NCBI RefSeq assembly: GCF_009914755.1
Contig: NC_060947.1
Origin: the human T2T-CHM13v2.0 reference genome, Homo sapiens
DNA length: 64,000 nt
Direction: 5' to 3' (one strand)
This document shows, in pieces, positions 13,565 to 26,548 of this stretch; position 1 is the first letter of the stretch; every line of letters starts with the position of its first letter. The translations under genes and the position numbers were made by a program. Under the pieces are notes generated by a model, which made no database searches, was not told the DNA's origin, and worked only from the letters and a program-made list of their open reading frames with translations.

Positions 13565-16500
13565 CTTAAATGAGACACTAAAACAAATGGACTTAATAGA
13601 TATTTACAAAACATTCTATCCAAGGACTGCAGAATATACTTTCTTCTCATCAGCACATGGAACATTCTCCAAGATAGATCATATGATAGGCCAAAAAACA
13701 AGTCTCAATAAATTCTAAAAAAATAAAAATCATATCAAGTATCTTCTCAGACTTCAGCAGAATAAAACTAGAAATCAACTCCAAAAGGAACCGTCAAAAC
13801 TATGCAATTACATGGAAATTAAATAATCTGTTCTTGAATGATATCTGGGTTAACAATGAAATTAATATGGAAATTAAAAAATTATTCAAAGTGAATAATA
13901 ATAATGACAAAAGTTATCAAAACCTCTAGGATAAAGCAAAAGCACTCCTAAAAGAAACGTTTATAGCACTAAATGCCTACATGAAAATGTCTGAAGCAGT
14001 ACAAATTGACAACCTAACGTGACACCTCAAGGAATGAGAGAAACAAGAACAAACTAAACCCAAAGATAGAAGGAAATAAGTAACAAGTTTGGAGCAAAAC
14101 TAAATAAAATTCAAACAAAAAATATAAAAGATCAATAAAATAATAAGCTGGTTATTTGAAAAAATAAACAAAATAGGTGAACCATTAGCTAGATTTACTA
14201 AGAAGATAGAAGATCCAAATAAGCTGAATTAGAAATGAAATGAGAGACATTACAAACAACACCACGGAAATGCAAAAGATCATTTGAGACTCCTATGCAC
14301 ACCTTTATGCACACAAACTAGAAAAACTAGAGAAAACTGATAAATTCCTGGAAACATACAACCTCGTATATCAATTCAGGAAGAAATAGAAACCCTGCAC
14401 AGACCAATAACAAGCAATGAATTTGAATCAGTAATTAAAACACTGCCAACAACAACACAAAAATGCCCAGTATCAGGTGGATTCACAGCTCTGAATTCTA
14501 ACAGATACTCAAAGAATAATTGGTACCAATTCTTCTGAAACTGTTCCAAAAAATTGAGAAAGAGGAAATCTTCCCTAATTCATTCTGTGAAGCCAGAGTC
14601 ACCCTGACACCAAAACCGGGAAAGGGCACAACAAAATAAGAAAACTACAGACCAATATCCCTGATGAACACAGATGCAAAAATCCTCAACAATATACTAT
14701 TTAACTGAATTCAACAGTACGTTAAATAGATAATACATCATGATCAAGTGAGTTTCATCCTAGGGATACAGGGATAGCTTAACATATACAAGTCAATAAA
14801 TGTGATACATCACATAAGCATAGTTAAAAACAAAAACCATATGAGCATCCCAATAGACACAGAAAAAGCATTTGATAAAATCCAGCATTCTTTTATGATT
14901 AAAAATCCTCAACAAAATAGGAATAGAAGGGACTTTCCTCGAAGTAATAAAAGCCATATATAACAAACCCACAGTAAACATCATACTTCATGGGGAAAAG
15001 TTGAAAGCAGTCCTCCTGACAATAGGAACCAAGCAAGGATGCCCACTTTCATTACTCCTATTTAACATAATTCTGGAAGTCCTATTCAGAGCAATTAGGC
15101 AAGGGAAAGAAATAAAGGACATCCAAATTGGAAAAGAAGAAGTCAAACTATCACTGTTTGCAGATGATAAGATTGTATAACTAGAAAATCCTAAAGACTC
15201 CTCCAGGAGACTCCTAGATTTGACAAATGAATACAAAAAGTATCAAGTTACAAAATCAATGTACCCAAATTAGTTGCATTGCTGTACGCCAAGAATGACC
15301 AAGCTGAGAATCAAATCAAGAAGTCAATTTCTTGATTTGAAAGCTGAAAAATAAATAAAATAAAATAAAAATAAAATATTTAGAAATATACTTAGTCAAG
15401 GAAGTGAAAGATCTCTACTAGGAAAACTACAAAACACTGCTGAAAGACATCATAAATGACACAAACAAATGGAAATGCTTCTCATGCTCATGAGTAGGAA
15501 GAATCAATATTGTAAAAATGACCATACTGTCCAAAGAAATCTACAGATTCAATGCAATTCCCATCAAAATACCAACATCATTTTTCATAGAATTAGAAAA
15601 AAAATCCTCAAATTCATATGGAACCAAAAAAAGAGCCCAAATAGTCAAAGCAACCCTAAGCCAGAAGAACAAATCTGGAGGCATAATATTACTGGACTTC
15701 AAAATTATACTACAAGGCTGTAGTTACCAAAGCAGCATAATACTGTTATAGAAATAGACCAATAGACCAATGGAACAGAATAGAGAACCCAGAAATAAAG
15801 ACAAATACATACAACCAACTGATCTTTGACAAAGCATACCAAAGCATAAATTGGGAAATGGACACCCTATTTAATAAATGGTGCTGGGAAAACTGGCAAC
15901 TTACATGTAGAATAAAATTGGATCCCTATATCTCACTTTATATTAAAATCAACTCAAGATGGATCAAAGACTTAAATCTAAGGCCCGAGACTATAAAAAC
16001 CCTATAATGTTCGAAAAAACTCTTCTATTAATTGGCCCAGGCAAAGAATTCATAATTGAGACCCCAAAAGCAAATGAAACAAAACCAAAAATAAATAAAT
16101 GGGTCTTAATTAAACCAAAACGCTTCTGCACAGCAAAAGAAATAATCATCAGAGTAAACAAACAACGCACAGAATAGGAGAAAATATTTGCAAATTATGC
16201 ATTCCACCAAAGACTAGTATCCAGAATCTACAAGGAACACAAATGAATCAGTAACAAAAGAAACAAATAATCCCATCAAAAAGTGGGCAAAAGACATGAA
16301 TAAACATTTTTCAAAAGAAGATGTACAAATGGCCAACAAACATATGTAAAAAGGCTCAACATCAGTAATCATCAGGGAGATGCAAATTAAAACCACAATG
16401 AGTTACCACCTTACTCCTGCAAGGATGGCCAATATTAAAAAGTAAAAAAACAATAGATGTTGGCATGGATGTGGGGAAAAGGGAATGCTTATAAACTGCT

Positions 16501-17934
16501 GCTGGGTAAATTAGTACAACCTCTATGGAAAACAGTATGGGGATTCCTTAAAGAGCTAAAAGTAGATCTACCATTCAATCCAGCAATCTCACTACTGGGT
16601 ATCTACCCAAAGGAAAAGTCATTATATGAAAAAGACACTTATGCAGTTATGTTTATAGCAGCACAGTTCACAATTGCAAAGATGTGGAGCCAACCTAAGT
16701 GCCCATCAACTAATGAATTGATAAAAAAATGTATATATACACCATGGAATACTATTTAGCAATAAAAAGGGATAAAATCATGTCTTTTACAGCAACTTGG
16801 ATGGAGCTAGAGGCCATTATTCTAAGTGAAGTAACACAGGAGTGAAAAACCAAAAACCGTATGTCCTCATGTGTAAGTGGGAGCTAACTTACGAGTATGT
16901 AAAGGCATACACAGTGATATTATTGATTATGGAGACCCAGAAGGAGGAGAGTGGGCGGGGGGCTAAGGAAAAAGTCTACACATTAGGTACAATATACACT
17001 ACTGAAGTGAAGGGTGCACTAAAATCTCAGAATTTACCACTATATAATTTATCCATGTAACAACAACAACAAAAAAACCCACTTGTACTCGAAAAGCTAT
17101 TGAAATAAAAATTAGAAAAGAATAAAAACATCCCTTCTTCACATTGCACTTTTCAAAATAAGAGAGAGAACAAACTATGGGTCAAGTTTTGAGATGCTAA
17201 TTTGAAGTCATTAGACGTTACTACCTTTGTGTTCATTTAGGATACATTGGTAAATGTGTTGTCTGAGGAATTTTATTCTTCTTTTGATTTGGTACCTAAT
17301 TGGTCACTGTAATAAGCAATTCTAACTCACCTACCATGTTATACTTGCCTATACATCCCTTATACTGTTCTTTTAGTGTAATAGGTTTTCCCATCATTAG
17401 TAATGCCCCTTGCTCCTAATTTACTTGTGGAAAATCATGCTTTGCTGGGGATGCAAGGAGCTCCGCTATTTCATCATCTCTTCAGCCTTACAATGTCCAG
17501 CCAGCATGGATGGCTCATTAAGCTATGTAGCAAAAATAATTTTTTTGTGCTGCTCAAGAGGTAGGTAGGACATACAAGTATAAATTTTTCCTGTTATTTC
17601 ATTTTTCTTCTGATCTTTATAGGGTTTTTATCCAGTATGCGTTAGAAGGAAGTATTTCAATAAAAATCCATTTCAAAAGAATTTTTGAAAAAGTTACTGT
17701 TGACTAGTTACTTCATTAGTGAACTCTGTTTAGCCTCCTCATGTTCCAAGTGATACATAGCATTTTGGGTTTCAGAGTTACTCACCAAAATATTTTGATA
17801 GATTTTCTTTTTAAGGCAAGAGATTTTTAGAGTAAATTAACAGGCTGTGTTAGTGAAAAGACTGGAGGTACTGGTCCCAGTTTTTGATCTTTGAACACAC
17901 AGAATCTGGCAGTAGAGCATGGAAGTGGTCAGTA

Positions 17935-18140
17935 ACAATTTACAAATCGCTTTCATATTGGATTTGATCTTACAGAAACGTTGTTGAGGTAGGTATTAGT
18001 TTATACCCATTCTGAAAATGATAGGAACTAAGACATAGCACAAGACAAATGGCTTCCCAAAGGTCAACCACTGTGTAGCATAGGACCAGAATTTGACCTT
18101 CAGTTTTTTTGAACCAAAAATCTTGTTCTTTCTACTATCT
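17935..18140 (-). mobile_element. MIR SINE
   Basis: tgaggtaggtattagtttatacccattctgaaaatgataggaactaagaca..ccagaatttgacc matches the reverse MIR core. Confidence 0.7.
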
Positions 18141-19119
18141 TTCTGCCCCTCTCAAAAGTTTTCATCTGAGATTTCATTGTTACATTTGTCTAATTCTAGT
18201 CAATTGGGTAGCAATTTTGGGATTCAAGAACTGAGAGTTTCAAAATTTCACTGTTAATGTAACTGAATTCCTCATTTACCTATGAAGAGATTAAAAAAAT
18301 GGAATTTGGTGGACTTGGTTAAGGATAAAATGAAATATCTATAACATCTTGATATAAGACAATTTATTAATATCTTCTCCTGAATTCCCTTATGCCCTCA
18401 GATTGTAAAGGATTAAATATCCATATACAAGTGGACACTGAATATAAAATGCAGCAGAATAGAGAAAACTGTTTTCACATTGTTACGAACACCTTTAAGT
18501 ACTTTGACCTCAATTCTACCCACACTCATGCACATAAATACCACCACTCTGTTAAATACAAAACTTATTTCAATAATACCAGTGTACCTAATGCAATAAT
18601 AGCATAAAATTACAGTACCAAAAAAAGAAAAAGAGAGTTCCTGAATGAGAGTCAGTGTTTAAAGGTAAAAATTAAACCAAGGTATTCAACTGAATTTCAT
18701 TTGCTAAAGGCAATATTAGGGTGAGTTGCATACCTAGTTTTGCTGTAAAACATTCACTCAGACCCTAAATCAATAGTAGTTACTAGTATCTAAATTCTTC
18801 TTATCTGCCTCATAGTATATTAGCTCCACAACTGACCATATATTGAAATGAATGACAGAAAAATGCAAATAAATATTTAAATATTTAAAGTATTTGAAAA
18901 TAACCATAGCATCTATCATGACTGCTCTAAATATGTTTGCTTTCAATCTAGTATTTCCAAAGAAGTTTACAGTTCTCACTTTATGACATGGCCACAATAT
19001 TTACATTTGTAGCCATTTCTATTCATAGTTAAGTGCAAAAGCGCACATTTCAAAGAATAGAAGCATGGCTTAGAAGTAGTCTAGTTTGTGATGATTTTAT
19101 TATCATAAAAATCAATCAG

Positions 19120-19668
19120 TATTTCTAACAGATTAATGATATTCACAAATCTTTTGACACTATTCCCATTGTGAAGTAGGAGTCTATGCCCTTTCCCCTT
19201 GAGTTTTGTGGGTTGTGTGATTACTTTGACAAATAAAATAATGGCAGAACCGACCCAGTGTCAGTTTCCATGCTCAGGTTTTAAGAGACTAACAGCTTTT
19301 ATTTTTATCTCTTGGAACACTCTCTCAGATGCCTGAGCCATCATATAAGAAGTCTTACTACAATGTTGGAGAAAATGTAGAGAGACTCTGATATTAAATT
19401 GAGAGAGAAAAGAGCCCACCTAAGTCCAGCTTTCCCTACCAATGTGCCCAGCCTGTAGTCGAAGAAATTTTGGACCTCCCAGACAAATGAGCCAGCAGCT
19501 GAATATTGCAGAATGACCTAAGTCACATCATGAGAAGAAATATTGTTTAGTCAGACATGCCATGCCTGAATTTTTGACACACAAAAATCTAAGATATATT
19601 AACAGGTCTGTTGTTTTAAGCCACCAAATTTTGAGAGAGTTGACACACAGCAGTGCGTAACCATAATT
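19120..19668 (+). mobile_element. MLT1H-like LTR
   Basis: cacaaatcttttgacactattcccatt..gagtctatgccctttccccttga...ttgttttaagccaccaaattttg. Confidence 0.75.
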
Positions 19669-20730
19669 CAGTAACTATCACGTATTCCCAGCATTTGACT
19701 GCTTTGCTCTCTCCATAAAACTTCAGGCGACAATTTAACGAAATATATTTTCCAAAATTTACTATTTGGGGATTTGAAATTTTTAAAAATTAAAATATGT
19801 TTGTAATCCATAGTTTCTGTGGAAACAGGATATTCAGTGTTCCAGTGTTGGACAACAATGACTGTACTGGGGACAAAATGCTTTCTAAATGAGACATATG
19901 TGGTCTAAAAACATCACAGGAAAATCCTAAGGTAGAAATTAAAGTTAAAATGACATCTCTTTAATTATTTATAGTTGTTTAGGTGAAATAATGTTATGAC
20001 TTGTGGCTGAAATTACCATTGCCAGTATCACGTAGTAATTTCCATTCATGCCAAATGGCAACGGACTTCTACTTAAATAAGTATACTTGTGTTCGTTGGA
20101 AAATTTACTACACCATTTTATGAACTAGCCAGGAAGTTGTCAGGAAATATCAGAGATAAGAGTTAATGTTTGCAAAGGAAAAAAGAAAACATAACAGCAA
20201 CCATATAACACTATTTCTGAAAATAAGAAAGGGTTCATTTTTGCAGAAATGATATTATGAAACTATAAATCACTCGCTGTATTAAAAGGATGTAGGTTTT
20301 GAGAACGCACAAATGTCATATAATGTGCCTAGTTTCTTCATATATAAAATTAAGTCTTCATTAAGCACACATTTTAGAACACAAGACTTTTCACAGGAAG
20401 CCTAAAAGCCATTAAAATGCATACCATTATCTTGAAGAAGGTGATAAGTGTTCAAAAATATATATATACTAAAATAAAGTCACTTTGCTTCTCTTTTAGA
20501 GGTGATATTTAATTTTAAATTTCACATGACATTAAAAGAGCATGAGATTTGATGTTTACTAAATGGAAATTGCATTTAAAAAATGTTGAATCATTGCTGT
20601 AGAAAGTTTTCTAGGATAAGATAGTAGAAATTACTGCAAAATACTTTGAAAATTGTTAACACTGAGTGGGCTTGTAGAGTTAATGCCCTTCCACATGGTG
20701 ATTTGATTATAAGCCAAAGGCATCCCTTCT

Positions 20731-20921
20731 CCAGTGTGGTGAGGTGGAAAGAGTTCTGAACTTAGAATTAGTAGATCTGACATCTAGTCTTTGATCTGCA
20801 ACTAACAAGCCCTTAGACCACAGGCAAGTGACTTTTTCTCCCTGGCCTTTGTTTCTTCAGTTTTGAAAAGGAGCATTTTCATAAGATTTCTAAGGTCCCT
20901 TCCAGCTATAATATTCTATGA
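20731..20921 (+). mobile_element. MIR3/MIRc SINE
   Basis: gtgtggtgaggtggaaagag..ggcaagtgactt..tctaaggtcccttccagctataatattctatga. Confidence 0.75.
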
Positions 20922-21589
20922 CCGTATCTTCCTCACTGAGTCTACTAAAATTTCTATATTATTTACTTCCTTGGGTTAAAAAACTGAGTGCTCTTTTTAA
21001 AGGCAAATATTGTCTGAGAAATGTCCCACATTAAGTCATTTTTAGCCATTAAAACCTCAGCTTGATTCAGTTAATTAGATTACCTAACAGGGACCTGAGG
21101 AAATAGAACTAAAATAAGGAAAGTTTGATACAAAGGGAAAAGGCAGAAAAATGATGGCACAGTGTACCAAAAAGTGAAAAGTTAGTACATTAGATATTGG
21201 GCATTAACCTAGTCAACTTCAATAATTGCCTGGGAGAATGTTTAGTAATATTTTCATGGGTGCCATACAATAATATTATGCACATACTCTAATTGGGGCG
21301 CTATGAAATATAAAAGAGGTGCTACTTTTGGCAACTTAGGCTTCAAATATTTTATCCTGGATCTGCTGTCTCAAATATAGCAAGTGGCCGGCCATTATTT
21401 TGTGATGAGAGAAAATGATTACATGGAAGAAAAAAATGCTGGTGCCTTGCTCCATACAAAGGGAACTATAACAACTCATTTTGTAACTACGACACAATAA
21501 ACAAAGCCCATCCAGGGTGCAACAGATTTCTGCTTCTATGGAACTATGTGAGGGTTTTCACCAGCCTTAAATTACATCTGCATTCAATA

Positions 21590-21825
21590 ATAAAAAAGAA
21601 AGCATAAGAGTCCTCTCTCTCCTGTTTAAGACTTTTCAAAATACACAAAACTTACACTTTTGTCTAACTGACCAGATGTTAGTCACATGACCACAAATAG
21701 CTGCAAAAGATTCTAGAAACAAAATGTTTCATCCTGACTGTCATTGTGTTCTATTAAAATTGGGATTCTCTTATTCTGGATAAAGGGAAATATGTTATTG
21801 GAGGGCAGTGGCAGTCTCAGCCACA
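21590..21825 (-). mobile_element. MLT1J/K-like LTR fragment
   Basis: ttagtcacatgaccacaaatagctgcaaaag..ttattggagggcagtggcagtctcagccaca. Confidence 0.6.
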
Positions 21826-24594
21826 TAAGACCCTATCAGTGTCAGAGACCTCCACACACATACATGTATCTCACTAATTTTGCTTATGAATAGTAAGTCT
21901 GCAGGTGAGATAAAAATTCAGTTCCTCAGGAGAAGCCTTAAATAAGAAATTATTAAGTACTTCAACACCTCATTTTGAAGGACATATTTATCATCTAACA
22001 AAGATGAGGAAATTACGATCTCAGGGTATATTAGTTTTGAAGGCTAGCCTATACCATTGTTTTACAAATAATATAAAATTTTACAGAAATCCTTTAAAGT
22101 GTATAACTAAAAGTTATTAATATCTTCTCTGTATATAAAAATGTTCATTGGCTCCAAAGTAGATTTTTAAAAATTAATTTAATTTATTCTTTAGGATTTT
22201 TCCACCTCTTACATATGGACTAGTCTACACTGATACTCAACTTTGTGACGTGGTACTACCATAATTATTTAAATACACAATACAATAATATACAATATAT
22301 AAAAGTACACTTTCTGTCTTGGATTGCACATAATTATGACTTTGAAGCACCAGAAAACATTCAAATGAGAAAATTACTGATTAGGTATATCTTTCACTAT
22401 AATGACCCTTACAGAGAGCATTCTGTATTAATTTCTGCCAAAATTTCAGGAAACAAGTTGCTTTTCAAGTAATTAGGTAGTAACAAAGATAAAAAAAATT
22501 TTTCAAACTAACCTTCTTCTAAAACTTTTTATAACTTTGCCAAGAGTGTCTATAAATTTCAAGACCAAAAACATAATTTATAAAGGGACACATTCTTTTT
22601 GCATCTTACTTGAAAAACCGGGTTTTACATGCCTTTGCTACCTATTGAAGAAATGTCAAAGAGAAACATATCTCTTTTATAAAATGAAGTTTCAGAGGGT
22701 AACCAGGTATATTTTATTTTAAGTTGCTGATTTGTTTATATATTCTGTTAGCTTAATGAAGAAAGTGCATGTAAATAATGTAGAGCCAAGGGGATATGGT
22801 ATTGTATTTTTTTTAAAAGAAAAAAAAGAAGAAGCATTCTAAGACCAAAAAATCATGGGCCACTGGAACCAACCAAAAAGCTTACTGTTGTGCTGCAATC
22901 AGAAGTGACTCATTTTGAACAAAGGCTTCACAAAATATGTGAGGCAAACAGAGGCTGAGCCACAAGCAGTGACAAGCCTGAAAATAGTAGGTATATCTGT
23001 AAAATGAAACCAGATGACAAATGGTGTCAGAACAGCAGAATATTATTGTAGGTTACCCACATGATGCCATTTCAGGGACACTAGACAAACATATTCCCTA
23101 CTGGCCCAGACATGCAGGCTAAAAGTCTCAGATCAGCCAAACATACTATGAATTACAAGAGTGGAGTAATGTAATAGCCTACTGTTAGTCATTAATGCCA
23201 AAACTCAAATTTATTTCTTGTCCTAACACTCTTCATCGCACTGGATAGTTAAGGTTGATGTTAAGAAGGTAGTTAGGATATGTCTGAAGCAAAGCAGGAC
23301 TGGCAGAGTTAGGTTGGTAACAGGGCTACCTAGGAGGATTGACAGGAGGCAGATCACAGAAACCTTCACTAAGTAGCAGGAAATAGGACTTTGGCGAGAT
23401 ACCAGGACACCTAGTAACAAGTAAATAAAATAAGCCTCAATCTCAAAAGTTATGTTTTCATTATGTTTACACAATAAACATTGTATTTATACACATAAAA
23501 TAGGTAATAGTTTAGCTTAATCAGGGATATGAAAAAATCTATAAAATGTCTACTAATAAGAATGCTAACCTATACTACAGAATTGGAATCCTTTAACTGT
23601 CAGTCTTCATACCAATCAATATGCATTTATCAAATTCCTACCATTGGGTTAGCAGGCACTGGCTATCTAAAAATAAAGAAGGTAGTTTCTTAATTTTTGA
23701 AGTTCAGAAAGTAGGTCCTTATAGACAAAGAATTCCCATGAAGCTGAGAAATAATATTATCAAACTACTGCTGCATCAATTTTCCATATTTAAAAGTCAT
23801 TTTCAAATTTGAATTTCAATTTATTTTCTACAAGAGATCATAAAGTCACTGCCACTTGGCAGCGCATAAAATACTTGAAGCATCGTGGTGAAATTCTTCA
23901 TTGCTCAAAGCTTGGTTCTTTGTACACAGTGAGTTGTACTTTGTGAAATAGTAAGTCTTTAGTCAGCAAACATGTCCTTGCTTATACAGCTCTGGGTATA
24001 CTGCCAGGACTCTGCAAATAACAAAATTACAATAATTAAACAGTTATTCATGAATGAAAACACTTAACCCAAGAGTGTTCCAGTAGAAAGGGCAGGAAGA
24101 GCTAATATATTAGTCAGCAACACACACACACCAGATGGAAGAATGAGTTTTTAAAATGTAATTTGAAACAAAGGATAAAGGGACAGTCTGAGAGACCCAA
24201 ATTCCTAAATCCAGTGTTTTGGGGCAGGAGCCAATGAGTAAAAGAGAATTTTATGCATGCAGATATTTAATTAAGGTCCCAGTAATATTGTAGACTAAGT
24301 GCTCTTTCATTTGCCTTTATCTTAGGAACCCAGAGAACTAAGAAATCAGTGAAGTGTGTGGTTGATAGTACCTAATCTAACAGCTTACCATGAAAGAAAC
24401 CAAAGTTCACATTCAATAGATAAATATTTAGCTATTTTTATTGTAATGTTTTCCCTGCTCCTTTCAGAAATTGTTGAATACAGAAAAGAATAAGGACAGA
24501 ATCACTAGATCTCACCGAAAAACAAGGTTCACAAAATGTTAGTGGATTTTTTCTAGTATTTAAAGACACACACACGGAATCATACTGTAAACAC

Positions 24595-26511
24595 TTTTTT
24601 TAATTTGTATAAATACATAGTAAGTGATTATATTTGTGGGGTACATGAGATGTTATGATACAAGCATGCAATGGACAATGGACATAATCACATCATGGAG
24701 AATGGGGTATCCATTGTCTCAAGTGTTTATCCTTTGTGTTAAAAACAATCCAATTACACATTTTTACTTATTTTAAAAAATACAATTAAGTTGTTATTGA
24801 CAATATTCATCCTGTTGTTCTCAAACGGTATGCCTAATTTATTCTTTCGATTTATTGTACATATTAACTATCCCCACCACCTCCTCAGCTCCCAACCAAG
24901 CTTCCTAGCCTCTGCTAAACATCCTTCTACTATCTCCATGAGTTCAATTGTTTTGATTTTCAGATCCCACAAATAAGAGAGGACATGTGATCTGTGTCTT
25001 CCTGGGCCTGCTTATTTCACTTAACATAATGATCTCCAGTTTCATCCATGTTGTTGCAAATGATAGGATTTCTTTCTCATTATGGCTGAATAGTACTTTA
25101 TTGTGTATATATACCACATTTTCTTTATCCATTCATCTGTTGAGGGACACTTAGGTTGCTTCCAAATCTTAGCTAATGTAAACAGTGCTGCAACAAACAA
25201 GGGATTGAAGACATCTATTTGATGTACTGATTTCCTCTCTTTTGGGCATATACACAGGATTAGGATTGCTGAATCATATATATGGTAGCTTAATTTTACT
25301 TTTTTGAGGAACCTTCAAACTTTTCTCTAATTATTGTACTAATTTAGATTACCACCCACAGTGTACCAGATTTCCTTTTTCTCCACATCCTCACCAGCAT
25401 TTGTTATTGCCTATATTTTGGATAGAAGCCATTTTAACTGGGGTGAGATGATATTTCATTATAGTTTTGATTTGTATTTCTCTGATGATCCATGATGTTG
25501 GACACCTTTTCATATGCCTGTTTCTCATTTGTATGTCTTCTTTTGAGAAATGTCTATTCAAATCTCTTGCCCATTATTTGAATTATCTGATTCCTTTCAT
25601 TCCTATAGAGTTGTTTGAGCTCCTTTTATATTCTGGTTATTAATTTATTGTCAGCTGGGTAATTTGCAAATATTTTCTCCCATTGTATGCGTTCTGTGTT
25701 CCCTTTCTTGTTTTTATCTTTTGCTGAGCAGAAGATTTTCAATTTGTCCATTTTTACTCTTGTTGCCTGTGCTTATAGAGAATTGCTTAAGAAATTTTTG
25801 CCCAGACCAATGCCTGGGAGATTTTCCCTAATGTTTTCTGGTAGTAGTTTCATGGTTTGGGGTCTTAGATTTAAGTCTTTAATCCATTTAATTCGAATTT
25901 TGTATATGGCAATAAATAGTGGTCTGGTTTTAGTATTCTGGAAATCCAGAAGAAAACTGGATATCCAGTTTTCCCAGCACTATTTATTAGGAAGACTGTC
26001 TTTTTCCCAGAGTATGTTAGTGGCCCCTTTGTCAAAAATGCATTCATTGTAGGTGTATGAATTTGTTTTTGAGTCCTCCATTCTGTTCCATTGGTCTATG
26101 TGTCTGCTTTTATGCCAATATCAGACTGCTTTGGTTACTATAGCTCTGTAGTATAATTTGAAGTCAGGTAATGTGATTCCTCCAGTTTTGTTTTTTTGGC
26201 TTATAAGAGCCTTGGCTAAGTGGGGTCTTCTATAGTTCCATATAAATTTTAGAATTGTTTTTCCTATTTCTCTGCAGAATATCATTTGTATTTTGATAGG
26301 GATTGCATTGAATCTGTAGATTACTTTGGGTAGTATGGCATTTTAACAGTATTGATTCTTCCAATTCATGAACATGGAGTATCTTTCCATTTTTCGGTGT
26401 CCTCTTCAATTTCTTCCATCAGTGTTTCATAGTTTTTATTGTAGAGCTCTTTTACTTATTTGGTTAATTGCTAGGTATTTAATTTGATTTGTGGCTATTA
26501 TTAATGAAATT

Positions 26512-26548
<37 letters not shown>

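Noticed and set aside
17403-17564. 53-codon ATG ORF ending at a donor-like AG|GTAGGT, with a pyrimidine-tract acceptor ~60 nt downstream
   Set aside because: No recognisable homology, the intron would be implausibly short, and such motifs are expected by chance.
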